Shown one piece after another: positions 55,201-63,476 of a DNA stretch of 64,000 bases. The position numbers and the translations under genes were made by a program. This DNA comes from Phycisphaerales bacterium. GTDB taxonomy: Bacteria > Planctomycetota > Phycisphaerae > Phycisphaerales > UBA5793. The stretch lies in contig JAPKGW010000015.1 in the NCBI GenBank assembly GCA_026647365.1, positions 4,177-68,176 of the forward strand. Reading direction: 5' to 3'. The number at the start of each line of letters is the position of its first letter. Position 1 is the stretch's first letter. A model generated the notes under the pieces. It searched no databases and was not told where the DNA came from. It saw only the letters and a program-made list of their open reading frames with translations.

Positions 55201-58200
55201 CAGATCACTCGCTCACGAACCGCACTTTCGACGCAGCCCACGGTCGCGTCACGAGCATCGTGCGGAACGCGGCACAGTCCGGGCTGCCGGGTTGGGGCGG
55301 CAGCGGGCACGAGGGACTGACCTACTCGGGCTGGACCGACCGGAACGCCGACGGCGGCGCCGTCGAAACTGAGTATGTCTACGACCTCCTCGGTCGCCAA
55401 ATCGAGCGCATCGCACCCGGAGGAATCTCGTCATACACGGTGCGCGAGACGCGCTCCATCGAGTCGCGGCCCTACATGTTGTACTACGCGGAGGTCATGC
55501 TTCCTCCGAAGGAGGGATCGGAGTTCAGCGGCGATGTGCGGATTGCGTGGTTCAACGCCGGCGGCGAGGTTATCGGCTCGAGCAATCATAAGATCACCGC
55601 GATCGTCACGACTCCGACGATTGACTACACCCTCACGGATGAACTCGGTCGCTCACGGGTGACTCATTTGCTCTCGGGCCTCGTGGAGAAGCGAGAAGAC
55701 TGGCACGATGTCGACCAGGATCCGTACGCCACTGCATACACGTACGACGATGCCGGACGACTCAAGACCATGACCGATCCGATCGGCACGATCACAGAGA
55801 ATGCCGCATACGATGTCCTCGGTCGTGTGCTCAAGGTCAAGGTCGGGCAGACCGGTGGGAGCAATGTGACGGTCGCCGAGTACTTCTACGACTTCGACCA
55901 CGGTGGCTCATTCGGCAGCCCCGCGCAAGGCCTGGGCAACGGCAACCTGACCTATGTGCGCGAGCATGTCGGTGTCAGCACCGTACGCGACACGCTGCGC
56001 GACTTCGATTTCCGCGACCGGCCGTATCGGACGCTCAACGAAATCTCGCCCCACGAATTCGTGGCCTACGACAATCTCAGTCGCATCGTCGAGCGCGGCG
56101 TGTTCGATGCCACGCCAACAGGCATCGGAACTCCTCTGGGCAACCGCGGCCTCTTTGTGAAGACGCACTACAGCCAGCGCGGACTCGTCTATCGACAGTC
56201 GATCGCGACCGATCCGACCAGCGGCGACCCCGAGTTCCTTCAAACCAATTCCTGGTTCGACCCCAACGGCCGCACAGTCGTTCAGTGGTCGCCCAACTCG
56301 CCGATCATCAAGCGCGAGTTCGACGGCCTCGGTCGCACGGCTGCATCATACGTCGTGCGCGACGCGACGCTTTATGCCTATGGTCCGGGCAGGAACAGCA
56401 CTCCGCCCATCGACGATGACGGAAGCCTATCTCCGAGTCTCCCATACGACATCGTGCTGGAGCAGACGGAATACGAATACACGGCCGACGATCGACTGGA
56501 GTTCGTCACGGCCCTGCGCCGGGTTCACGACGCCACGGCCAGCGGGCCGCTGACCTACAACGGGGCCGGCGAAACGCCTCTCGGCGTGCCGACCTACGTC
56601 GGTCACTACTACGACGACTTCAATCGCCGCATCCGCACCGTCAACATCGGCACGAACGACACCACCGACGATCGTTTCAGCGCCGGCAACGCCCCGCCGT
56701 CCTGGCCCCCGGGCGAGGTTCCCGAGTGGGACGACATCGACTTTGAGGATTTCCTCGTCAGCGCCACCGAGTACGACGAGCGTGGAAGACCCTTCCTCTC
56801 CGTCGATCCCGAAGGCAAGCAGACGCGAATCTTCTTCGACGCCATGCATCGCCGGATCGCCGTGGCGGAGAACTACGTCAACGCAGAGGTGACGGAGTGG
56901 TCGTCGGGCAACGGCCGCTGGACCATCACGGGCGTCGGCGGCTCCTCCGGCGAAACCGATGAGGACCGGGTGACCAGCTTCGTCTATGACGGCGCGGGCA
57001 ACATCGTCAAGCAAATTGCCCACATTCCAGGCGGCGATCTCCAGGAAACGCACTACCTCTACGAGGCCGCCCCGGCCAATCTCCTCAGCGAGGTTCGCTA
57101 CCCGAATGAGTCGACCGGCGTCGCCGGGACGACGCGCGAGTACAAGGTGCTCTACACCTACAACCGCCTCGGAGAACTTGCCTCGGTCGCGGACCAGAAC
57201 GAAACGCTCCATGAGTACGAACGCGATGAACTGGGCCGGGTCACGTTGGACGCCGTGACCGTGATAAGCACTCCGATTGATAACTGGGTGCTCGCCATAG
57301 GTGTGGACTATGACGACTTCGGCCGATTGGAGAAGGTCACCTCTTACACCGACGAGACTGCGACCACGATCAAGAACCAGGCAGAATTCGCCTACACCCC
57401 GCTCTGGCAGATCAAGGAGGTCTACCAGGACCACGACAGCGCGGTTGCCTATGACGGCTCAGGCGTGCCCACCGGCAACACCGTGCGCGTCCGCTACGCC
57501 TACTCCACCGCCGACATCGACTCAGGCAATTACAGCCGCCTGAGCACCATCACATATCCAGATGGTTCGGCGTACAACCAGTCCTACGGCACGACTTCCG
57601 CCGATCTCGACGACCACATCAGCCGCCTCACGCACATGCGCGTCGGCAGCACCGGACCGAACACGGTCGAATACCGGCACCTCGGTCTCGGCATGGTCGC
57701 CGAGGTAGACTACCCCGCCCCCGACATTCAGCTTGACCGGACTGTGAGCCACGACGGCAAGCGGCGGATGCAGTCTTACACCAGCCAGAACGCCGGCATC
57801 TACCCCGGCTGGGACCGCTTCGGCCGCGTCAAGAAGCACGCCTGGGTCGATGGCGGCTACACGACCGGCAGCGGCGGCAATCCCGACCGCCCGCCCCTCG
57901 TCGAGATCGACTACACCTACGACCGATCGAGCAATCGCCTCACCCGCACCGACGCGCGCCCCGGCGCGTCGTGGGCCGACCGCGACTTCCGCTATGAGTA
58001 TGACGGCCTCGATCGCCTCGTGCAGGCGGACCGCGGGGCCGAGGGGGGCTCATGGTCCTCTGCCGTGGGCGGTCAGAAGTGGGCGCTTGACATGCTCGGC
58101 AACTGGGATTCCATCTGGAATGACTCCAACGGCGATGGGAACTACACCTCATCCAGCCCCGACGAAGAGACCGAACGCACCCACAACTTCGCCAACGAGA

Positions 58201-59921
58201 TCGAGGAGATCGGCGTCATCCCCTTCGCCTACGACAAGGCCGGGAACATGACCGAGCAGGGCCTGCCCGCGACGGCCACCAAGTACTACACCCACGACGC
58301 CTGGAATCGCCTGACCGAAGTCAAGATCGACGCGGCCGTGCTCGGGCAGTACGAGTACAATGCCCTGCATTGGCGCGGCGTGAAGCGGGCTCGCTCGCCG
58401 GGTTCGGGCAGCCTTGACGAGATGCGCCTCATGTACTACTCCGCCAACTGGCAACTTCTTGAGGAACGCATCGACCGCTCGTGGACCTCGGGCTTCACCG
58501 AGGATGAGCGCGCCCAGACCTTCTGGGGCAAGCGGTACATCGATGATGCCGTGGGGCGAAGGCGCGACCGCGACGCCAACGGCACCTGGGACAACAGTTT
58601 CTTCTACGTGACCGACGCGCAATTTAGCACGGTGGCGATGGCCCTGCCCAACGCCGGCATCGTCGAGCGCATCACCTACGACGCCTACGGCAAGGCGCGG
58701 CATCACTTCGGCGGAGACGTCACCGGTGACGGCGCGGCGACGGCCGCGGCCGATGACGCCGCGCTGGTCACGACCATCGGTCTGGGAAGCAACTCAATCG
58801 GCCAGGCGAACTACAAGGCCGAGCAGGATCTGAACCGCGACGGCACAATCAGCACGGCTGACCGCACGACCCTTGCTGCCTTGACTGGCGGGGCGGATCA
58901 GGCGGCGCTGGCGAGCGGGATGGTTTCCTTCGTGTCCACGGGCAGCGGCGGCTCGACGCGCCACGGGCCGGACAATCCGATCGCGTGGGACGGGTATGTG
59001 TTCAACGCTGAGACGGGGCAGTATCTCGTCCGATTTCGCTGGTACGACCCCGTGCTGGGAAGGTGGTTGGAGAGAGACCTGCTGGAGTACATAACTGGAT
59101 TCAATCTATACGAATACGTGCTAGCGTCTCCTGCAACAATCTTGGATCCGACTGGGTTACAGCCCCCAGTGAAAGAAACCGTTACTGTCCCCGGCGCATC
59201 GAGAATCAGAGTGTATACTGAGGTTTGCGGAAAGGGAAGTTGGGCAGAGTTAAAGGTAATGGAAGTTCAAGGCAAGACCGTCCGCGAACTCGTCCGATGG
59301 AGATGGACGCAGGCAACGGGTGCCATTGTTGAAGAGATGATGCATGGAGGTAGCAAACTCCCTGGAATCACCAATACTGCCGTTCGCAGGTGTGTCGAAG
59401 ATCGACTCGGGGCCATTCTTGAGAAGATGCTTGACAGAGCGCATTCTCTAGCAGGACGATCCGTGGGCACAGGAGGAGCAGCGGGAGCCGCTGGAGGGCG
59501 CACGATTCGAGGTGGGGGTTCATGGTCGATTGGGGGGGCGTTGTTCTTCTTCCTGTCGGTTCTGGATATGACTGCCTCAGAGGCAAGCGCTGCCACAATT
59601 CCACCTGACTGGTATCCGGTGTGCGAGGAAATTGAACTCAGCGAAGCAGAAGCCGCGGCGCTGTTGGCCGATCTCCAAAGTGCCGTTGGCGAAGCGATTG
59701 CAGATTGCAGTGCTGAAGAACCAGCCGCGTGCTCGCCTACTTGTCCGCCCGGCTTTGTTCCATATGTTGTTGGTGTTGGTGACACATGCTGGTCCTTGTG
59801 GCGACAACGAACGAATAGGACTCGCTCGTGGAATAGCGCCAAAGCCGAATGCGCGCGATCTGCGAAGAGCAGGGACGCCAACAAGCTCGATGTCGGTGAA
59901 ACGATCTGCGTGCCGGAGTAG
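52263..59921 (+). CDS. Rhs/YD-repeat protein (2552 aa) with signal peptide, Cys-rich N-terminal region, inserted dockerin-like pair, Rhs core end (DPTGL) and unknown C-terminal domain
   Basis: The Rhs shell starts at 'PVHLFSGSKAETVIELNVPLLGDDFQVIRTYTS'. Many YD repeats follow ('YTYDDAGRL', 'YDVLGRV', 'YDGLDRL', 'YDKAGNM'). The core end is 'RFRWYDPVLGRWLERD...NLYEYVLASPATILDPTGL'. Confidence 0.9.
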   Translation: MMHVLAIRQVLRLSLCWMAVCLGADGGASAQVAQDLTCEVVLYDGNGGEVETCCFACDSQVNITVTRGFWWSACVNGECQDPSSAQWIEYDVISATIPFFRCNETTASPSDNTVSFRGVVGLSEFTLGHPRFQDCDSEEYEGDELEVLVVFYGGNSLGADPTWTVRAYYPPRTNLDAYGTPDEVWSSFDGGALEPNTSCNEGSWYYQKTVCLDMESGFCDVPHPVTCVDGCDWCPEGEDVFEQTNVDLSVFGLSSQPLDCDDLKELITNPFKCNLGGSLTPVEILELLYNTDGECGPPWTCESIVICLLDILERALTEQEAEAVIDQLDEWFTGENECPDGSAITNPPNPDDVLDGRDDKFPTTCPDGAGELSASPVHLFSGSKAETVIELNVPLLGDDFQVIRTYTSNPAYGGAGLVGEGWTLSCFDYLVPAYVIHIGFAWGDPREWRAAGGGVYYLSGGSAGLEETTLNSVPVYKETHEGELIRYYHRSDSGTFAPLKGMLYQEEDWYGNIRRYDYNTGYGKPRLESIFLGGTDEATSEAVIRFMWDLGHPKGRLLYMQVLRWESTVLREIEKVSYLYQADGVNNHLGSPGDLLQVTHRTHLDRVESGPSVSHERITQYRYHREGVTPGTSDDRLEVEGGNHQLKLVINPEQIEYIAQRRNEESGGTLYPVLSKALKETAADLLEAADDDEVFSPTVGDPILLIDLASKIIGYETSGLGRVATQFLQTGGCGCSGASAQGLKQTYTYFTNGTNDEYRTVKILEELYDESVPGYITFRTLYYDVEGLQSSPTGPYTAPYLVNRAVVEPTGDQREWVWHYEYNTGSDRTLKFMMTPSAMSAYTPADATNPASYTAHTDEGLVYAYTFEDYRLEETRLGEGKHSNTVGDYTLITKTTYNATREWLPDSIERFRVAGSTNADDVEKTLFEYGFFSSTDRVAWIRIKTEAELVSENGPGISGGYYESYELYSSSGENIWSRAADHSLTNRTFDAAHGRVTSIVRNAAQSGLPGWGGSGHEGLTYSGWTDRNADGGAVETEYVYDLLGRQIERIAPGGISSYTVRETRSIESRPYMLYYAEVMLPPKEGSEFSGDVRIAWFNAGGEVIGSSNHKITAIVTTPTIDYTLTDELGRSRVTHLLSGLVEKREDWHDVDQDPYATAYTYDDAGRLKTMTDPIGTITENAAYDVLGRVLKVKVGQTGGSNVTVAEYFYDFDHGGSFGSPAQGLGNGNLTYVREHVGVSTVRDTLRDFDFRDRPYRTLNEISPHEFVAYDNLSRIVERGVFDATPTGIGTPLGNRGLFVKTHYSQRGLVYRQSIATDPTSGDPEFLQTNSWFDPNGRTVVQWSPNSPIIKREFDGLGRTAASYVVRDATLYAYGPGRNSTPPIDDDGSLSPSLPYDIVLEQTEYEYTADDRLEFVTALRRVHDATASGPLTYNGAGETPLGVPTYVGHYYDDFNRRIRTVNIGTNDTTDDRFSAGNAPPSWPPGEVPEWDDIDFEDFLVSATEYDERGRPFLSVDPEGKQTRIFFDAMHRRIAVAENYVNAEVTEWSSGNGRWTITGVGGSSGETDEDRVTSFVYDGAGNIVKQIAHIPGGDLQETHYLYEAAPANLLSEVRYPNESTGVAGTTREYKVLYTYNRLGELASVADQNETLHEYERDELGRVTLDAVTVISTPIDNWVLAIGVDYDDFGRLEKVTSYTDETATTIKNQAEFAYTPLWQIKEVYQDHDSAVAYDGSGVPTGNTVRVRYAYSTADIDSGNYSRLSTITYPDGSAYNQSYGTTSADLDDHISRLTHMRVGSTGPNTVEYRHLGLGMVAEVDYPAPDIQLDRTVSHDGKRRMQSYTSQNAGIYPGWDRFGRVKKHAWVDGGYTTGSGGNPDRPPLVEIDYTYDRSSNRLTRTDARPGASWADRDFRYEYDGLDRLVQADRGAEGGSWSSAVGGQKWALDMLGNWDSIWNDSNGDGNYTSSSPDEETERTHNFANEIEEIGVIPFAYDKAGNMTEQGLPATATKYYTHDAWNRLTEVKIDAAVLGQYEYNALHWRGVKRARSPGSGSLDEMRLMYYSANWQLLEERIDRSWTSGFTEDERAQTFWGKRYIDDAVGRRRDRDANGTWDNSFFYVTDAQFSTVAMALPNAGIVERITYDAYGKARHHFGGDVTGDGAATAAADDAALVTTIGLGSNSIGQANYKAEQDLNRDGTISTADRTTLAALTGGADQAALASGMVSFVSTGSGGSTRHGPDNPIAWDGYVFNAETGQYLVRFRWYDPVLGRWLERDLLEYITGFNLYEYVLASPATILDPTGLQPPVKETVTVPGASRIRVYTEVCGKGSWAELKVMEVQGKTVRELVRWRWTQATGAIVEEMMHGGSKLPGITNTAVRRCVEDRLGAILEKMLDRAHSLAGRSVGTGGAAGAAGGRTIRGGGSWSIGGALFFFLSVLDMTASEASAATIPPDWYPVCEEIELSEAEAAALLADLQSAVGEAIADCSAEEPAACSPTCPPGFVPYVVGVGDTCWSLWRQRTNRTRSWNSAKAECARSAKSRDANKLDVGETICVPE

Positions 59922-59926
59922 GGCGC

Positions 59927-60412
59927 ATGAGCAGATGGCTTTATACTTTCGTCGTCTGTAGCGACCCGGTCCTAACACAGATTGCCTCGCTGATGGCGCA
60001 TGCCGATTCGCAGCATCTTGAAGTCCAGCGCGTTGAGTCATTGCTGTTGGGCGCACTGGAGCGGAATGCATCACCCGTGGCTTACTTTCGGATGATAATG
60101 GATGGGTGGAACTGTACGCACGAGCGATTGATGGAATTAGGAATGGTTTGCTGCGCAGATTTGCGCACCGATCTCATGCTATTAAGTCGGCAGCATTGGG
60201 TGCAACTCTCGATCTCAGAGGAATATGCCGCCAATGTATCCCAAGAGCAATGCGTGGATGCAGAACCCGGGGGATACGCCGTGCTTGCATTTAGGCGGGC
60301 GCTTGCTGACATGTTTGGGTTCATGCAGGGCACACACCGACCCGGCATCATATTATGTCGTTGCCTCGGTCCGAGTCGCGATGATCGAGATTATCGACCT
60401 AATATTATCTGA
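59927..60412 (+). CDS. Hypothetical protein, candidate cognate immunity protein for the Rhs C-terminal domain
   Basis: The ATG is 5 nt after the Rhs stop, with GGAG upstream. G+C is visibly lower, like the Rhs 3' end. No recognisable motif. Confidence 0.5.
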   Translation: MSRWLYTFVVCSDPVLTQIASLMAHADSQHLEVQRVESLLLGALERNASPVAYFRMIMDGWNCTHERLMELGMVCCADLRTDLMLLSRQHWVQLSISEEYAANVSQEQCVDAEPGGYAVLAFRRALADMFGFMQGTHRPGIILCRCLGPSRDDRDYRPNII

Positions 60413-60525
60413 GCCTTGGCGGCACTCGTGGCGGCTCGCCTCGCGAGACGCTGCGAGGTCTATCGCCGCTGCAACGATGCAGAAGTGGGCGCTGGACATG
60501 CTCGGCAACTGGGATTCCATCTGGA

Positions 60526-61767
60526 GGGCCCTCTGAACAACCTGGCGCAACCTTCGGGCGATGAATCGGTACAAGTGTTCGGCGGGATGGGCCTGCCGGA
60601 AGAGGAGTGATGAACATGGCTGAGCGGCGCAATGCGGATCGTGGCCTGATGGATGCATGGATGGATGGACTCGGCGGGCCGCGCACCACGGCGCTGCTTG
60701 ATCGGCTCGATGCGGCGGTGGCGTGGGATGCGCTGGTCAAGCCGATTCTCAAGTTGCCCGAGTATCAGCCCAATCCCAAAGGCGGCCGCCCGGCATGGCC
60801 GGCGCTGATGATGCTCAAGTGCATGATGCTGGCCAAGTGGTTCGGCCTCTCGGATGTGCAGTTGGAAGAGTGTCTGCGCGACCGCCTGTCGTTCCGCCGC
60901 TTCGTCGGCCTGTCGCTGAGCGACTCCACGCCTGATGAGACGACCTTCGTGGTCTTCCGCAAGCGCCTGCGCGAGGCGAGGCTGGATCGCCGCCTCTTCG
61001 ATGAAACGCTGCGTCAACTCGAGCAGCGCGGCCTGCTCGTCCATGACGGCACGCTCGTGGACGCGACCATCATCGAGCAGGCGCGAGGCAGCAAGCGTGA
61101 AGACGGCACGAGCACGCGCGATGACGAAGCGTCGTTCACCGCCAAGGGAGGCGAGACTTATTTTGGTTACAAAGGGCACATCGCCGCCGACCGCAGCGGC
61201 CTGGTGAAGGACTACCGCTTCTCCGACGCGGCTCCGCACGACAGCAACTTCATCGATGAACTCACGGCCGACGAGATGCAGATGGTGGTCGCGGACAGCG
61301 CCTACCGCAGCGCTGAGCGTGAGGCGGCACTGGAGGAGCGCGGCGTGTGCTGCGCGATCGCGTTCAAGCGCAAGCGTGGCCAGGGGGAGCTTCCGCCGCT
61401 GCTCAAGCGTATTAATAGGATGATTGCTTCGGTGCGTGCGGTGGTGGAGCATCCGTTTGCGTGGATGAAGAACGCGGGATACCGCAAAGTAAGATACCGG
61501 GGCCTGAGACGCAACGAACTGGACTTCGCCTTCAACCTGATCGCCTACAACTGGAAACGCAGCCTGAGTCTGGCCGGAGGCGGGTGAAGACGGCGCGCGA
61601 GGGTTGTTCAGAGGGGCGGCAAGCGGCAAATGGCCGCAACCCGGGCGAATCGCGGAGCAACGCCTGGCGATTCTGAACCGATTTCGACACCAGTGATGAA
61701 CCACGAACACCAACTCCGCTCGGATTTCAGTCATCGAACCTCATCGTGGAGGTTGTTCAGAGGTCCC
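60526..61767 (+). mobile_element. IS5-family insertion sequence (1242 bp) with 18-bp TIRs and 4-bp TSD (TGGA)
   Basis: IRL is GGGCCCTCTGAACAACCT. IRR reverse complement is GGGACCTCTGAACAACCT. TGGA occurs at 60522-60525 and 61768-61771, and the uninterrupted target sequence is visible in the paralogous Rhs copy (…CCATCTGGAATGAC…). Confidence 0.85.
60607..61587 (+). CDS. IS5-family (InsH-like) DDE transposase
   Basis: 'GGRPAWPALMMLKCMMLAKWFGLSDVQLEECLRDRLSFRRFVGLSLSDSTPDETTFVVFRKRL' (InsH N-terminal domain), then a DDE region '…LVDATIIE…ADSAYRS…'. Confidence 0.9.
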   Translation: MMNMAERRNADRGLMDAWMDGLGGPRTTALLDRLDAAVAWDALVKPILKLPEYQPNPKGGRPAWPALMMLKCMMLAKWFGLSDVQLEECLRDRLSFRRFVGLSLSDSTPDETTFVVFRKRLREARLDRRLFDETLRQLEQRGLLVHDGTLVDATIIEQARGSKREDGTSTRDDEASFTAKGGETYFGYKGHIAADRSGLVKDYRFSDAAPHDSNFIDELTADEMQMVVADSAYRSAEREAALEERGVCCAIAFKRKRGQGELPPLLKRINRMIASVRAVVEHPFAWMKNAGYRKVRYRGLRRNELDFAFNLIAYNWKRSLSLAGGG

Positions 61768-62305
61768 TGGAATGACTCCAACGGCGATGGGAACTACACC
61801 TCATCCAGCCCCGACGAAGAGACCGAACGCACCCACAACTTCGCCAACGAGATCGAAGAGATCGGCGGCACGATCCCCTTTGCGTACGACAAAGCCGGCA
61901 ACATGACCGAGCAGGGCCTGCCCGCGACAGCCACGAAATACTACACGCACGACGCGTGGAACCGCCTCACGGAAGTCAAGATTAACGCAGCCGTGCTCGG
62001 GCAGTACGAGTACAATGCCCTGCACTGGCGCAGCGTGAAGCGGGCTCGCTCGCCGGCCTTCGGCAGCCTTGATGAGATGCGGCTCATGTACTATTCCGCC
62101 AACTGGCAACTGCTTGATGACCGCATTGACCGCTCGTGGACCTCCGGGTTCACGGAAGTTGGGCGGGCGACTGACCGGTGGTATGCCCGCAAGAGGCATT
62201 GTACTCGCCACTCGTGCTTCTGTGAAAGCGCTCCTCATGCATCCCGCGCCTGACCACGCGCTCGTGAGTACGACCGACCTGTCGATCCCGGTCGCGGCGA
62301 TCGAA

Positions 62306-62368
62306 AACGTCCTGAATCTTGCGCACATTGACAAAGGGATAACGTCCTGTATCTTGCGCACATTGACA
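62306..62368. repeat. Tandem ~28-bp direct repeat AACGTCCTG[A/T]ATCTTGCGCACATTGACA (35-bp period)
   Basis: Copies at 62306-62333 and 62341-62368. Together they create TTGACA-N16-TATCTT on the + strand. Confidence 0.6.
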
Positions 62369-62468
62369 GAAGGGCTCTCCCGCGGGAAGGTTGTGTGATG
62401 TGACGTACACACCTTTCAGACGGAGAGGGCCTTACACAGAGCGTATCAGCGGCTTCTGGAAGTCCAAG

Positions 62469-63476
62469 TCAGGCGGAGCCGCGCTGTTGGCGGCAGCCCT
62501 TGCATCCGCGGCGCTGCTCCTCCCGCGCGTCTGCCAGGTCCAGCCCCGTCGCATCGTCGAAGCGGTGCGGGGCGATGGGTGGGCCGGAGGTGTTGGTGGT
62601 TTCGCGGGGGTTCGCTGCCATAGGGATCAGCGCCGGATTCGGGACGGCCGTCGTATCTGTCGATGCTTCAGGCCCATCACCTCCGCCGTTGAGCGAGGTC
62701 GGGCACTCCTCCTGGCAGGTCTCGTGGAGGTGGAGGGTGACGGTGCCGCCGGTGGCGTATGCCCGCGTTGGGTTGTTGGTGTACACGGGGTCGGCGCAGA
62801 GGCAGTTGCACGCGCCAAGCGCATTCGTGAAGGTCAGCGGGAAGGCGCTGTAGGCGGAGAGGTTGCGCGCGTCGAACGCGTGAGTGCCGAGGAAGAGCAG
62901 GCCGGTCGCCTCGCCGCCGGCGCCGGCGCCGAGCCAGATTGCGAGGATGAAGCGCAGATTCGCGTGGTCGTACGCCAGGTTGATGAGCAGCGTGCCGGTG
63001 TTGTAGAAGTTGAAGTTGCCGGTGCAGTTGAAGACGCCGATGTCGGTGTAGCGCGCGATCTGGAGGCCGGTGACGGTGTCGGTCGGCAATGCGCAACTCT
63101 GCCACACACGGCAGCGGCTGGCGTGCTCGCACAAGTCCTCCGGCGAGGGGATGATGACATGGCTCGGGTCGGTCGAGGCGCAGGCGAGTTTCTTGCCGGT
63201 GCGCGAGATGTTGGCGTTGTTGCCCAGGCCGATCGCCTTGTGCGGGCTGCCGCACTGAATGCAGGTGTTCTGGCAGGGCGTGATGTTCAGGTCGGCGGTG
63301 AAGCCGATGTAGCGCGTGGGAAACTCGCCGCACTCGGGCAGGTGGACCGTGTCCTGCCCGCAGGTGATCTGCTCGCAGCAGTCGCACAGGTCGCAGCAGC
63401 AGTTGAGCGAATACGCCAGGTTGCCGCTGGGCGCGAGAAGGAGGTTTCCGGATGGTCCGAGCACCAGCGCCATCAT
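62469..63476 (-). CDS. Hypothetical Cys-rich protein (335 aa, 23 Cys)
   Basis: N-terminus 'MMALVLGPSGNLLLAPSGNLAYSLNCCCDLCDCCEQITCG'. High GC3. The ATG overlaps the upstream gene stop (ATGA). No known motif recognised. Confidence 0.6.
   Translation of the reverse strand: MMALVLGPSGNLLLAPSGNLAYSLNCCCDLCDCCEQITCGQDTVHLPECGEFPTRYIGFTADLNITPCQNTCIQCGSPHKAIGLGNNANISRTGKKLACASTDPSHVIIPSPEDLCEHASRCRVWQSCALPTDTVTGLQIARYTDIGVFNCTGNFNFYNTGTLLINLAYDHANLRFILAIWLGAGAGGEATGLLFLGTHAFDARNLSAYSAFPLTFTNALGACNCLCADPVYTNNPTRAYATGGTVTLHLHETCQEECPTSLNGGGDGPEASTDTTAVPNPALIPMAANPRETTNTSGPPIAPHRFDDATGLDLADAREEQRRGCKGCRQQRGSA

Larger units (their letters stand above)
60477..62253 (+). pseudogene. Displaced (orphan) Rhs core fragment, interrupted by IS5-family element and 3'-degenerate
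   Basis: 60480-60525 plus 61772-~62158 align almost base-for-base with 58075-~58503 of the main Rhs gene (QKWALDMLGNWDSIWNDSNGDGNYTSS...SANWQLL). Removing the IS and one TSD copy restores the frame. After ~62158 the sequence diverges and stops, with no DPxGL core end. Confidence 0.75.

Noticed and set aside
53676-57434. 410-aa and 335-aa minus-strand ORFs inside the Rhs gene
   Set aside because: They are antisense to a continuous 2552-aa frame full of YD repeats and have no independent motifs.
52263-59921. T6SS-delivered Rhs effector
   Set aside because: There is no PAAR or VgrG-interacting N-terminal domain, and no T6SS gene in 64 kb. The protein has a Sec-type signal instead.
60460-61734. 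424-aa minus-strand ORF across the IS
   Set aside because: It is antisense to the InsH-like transposase, which carries recognisable IS5 N-terminal and DDE regions.
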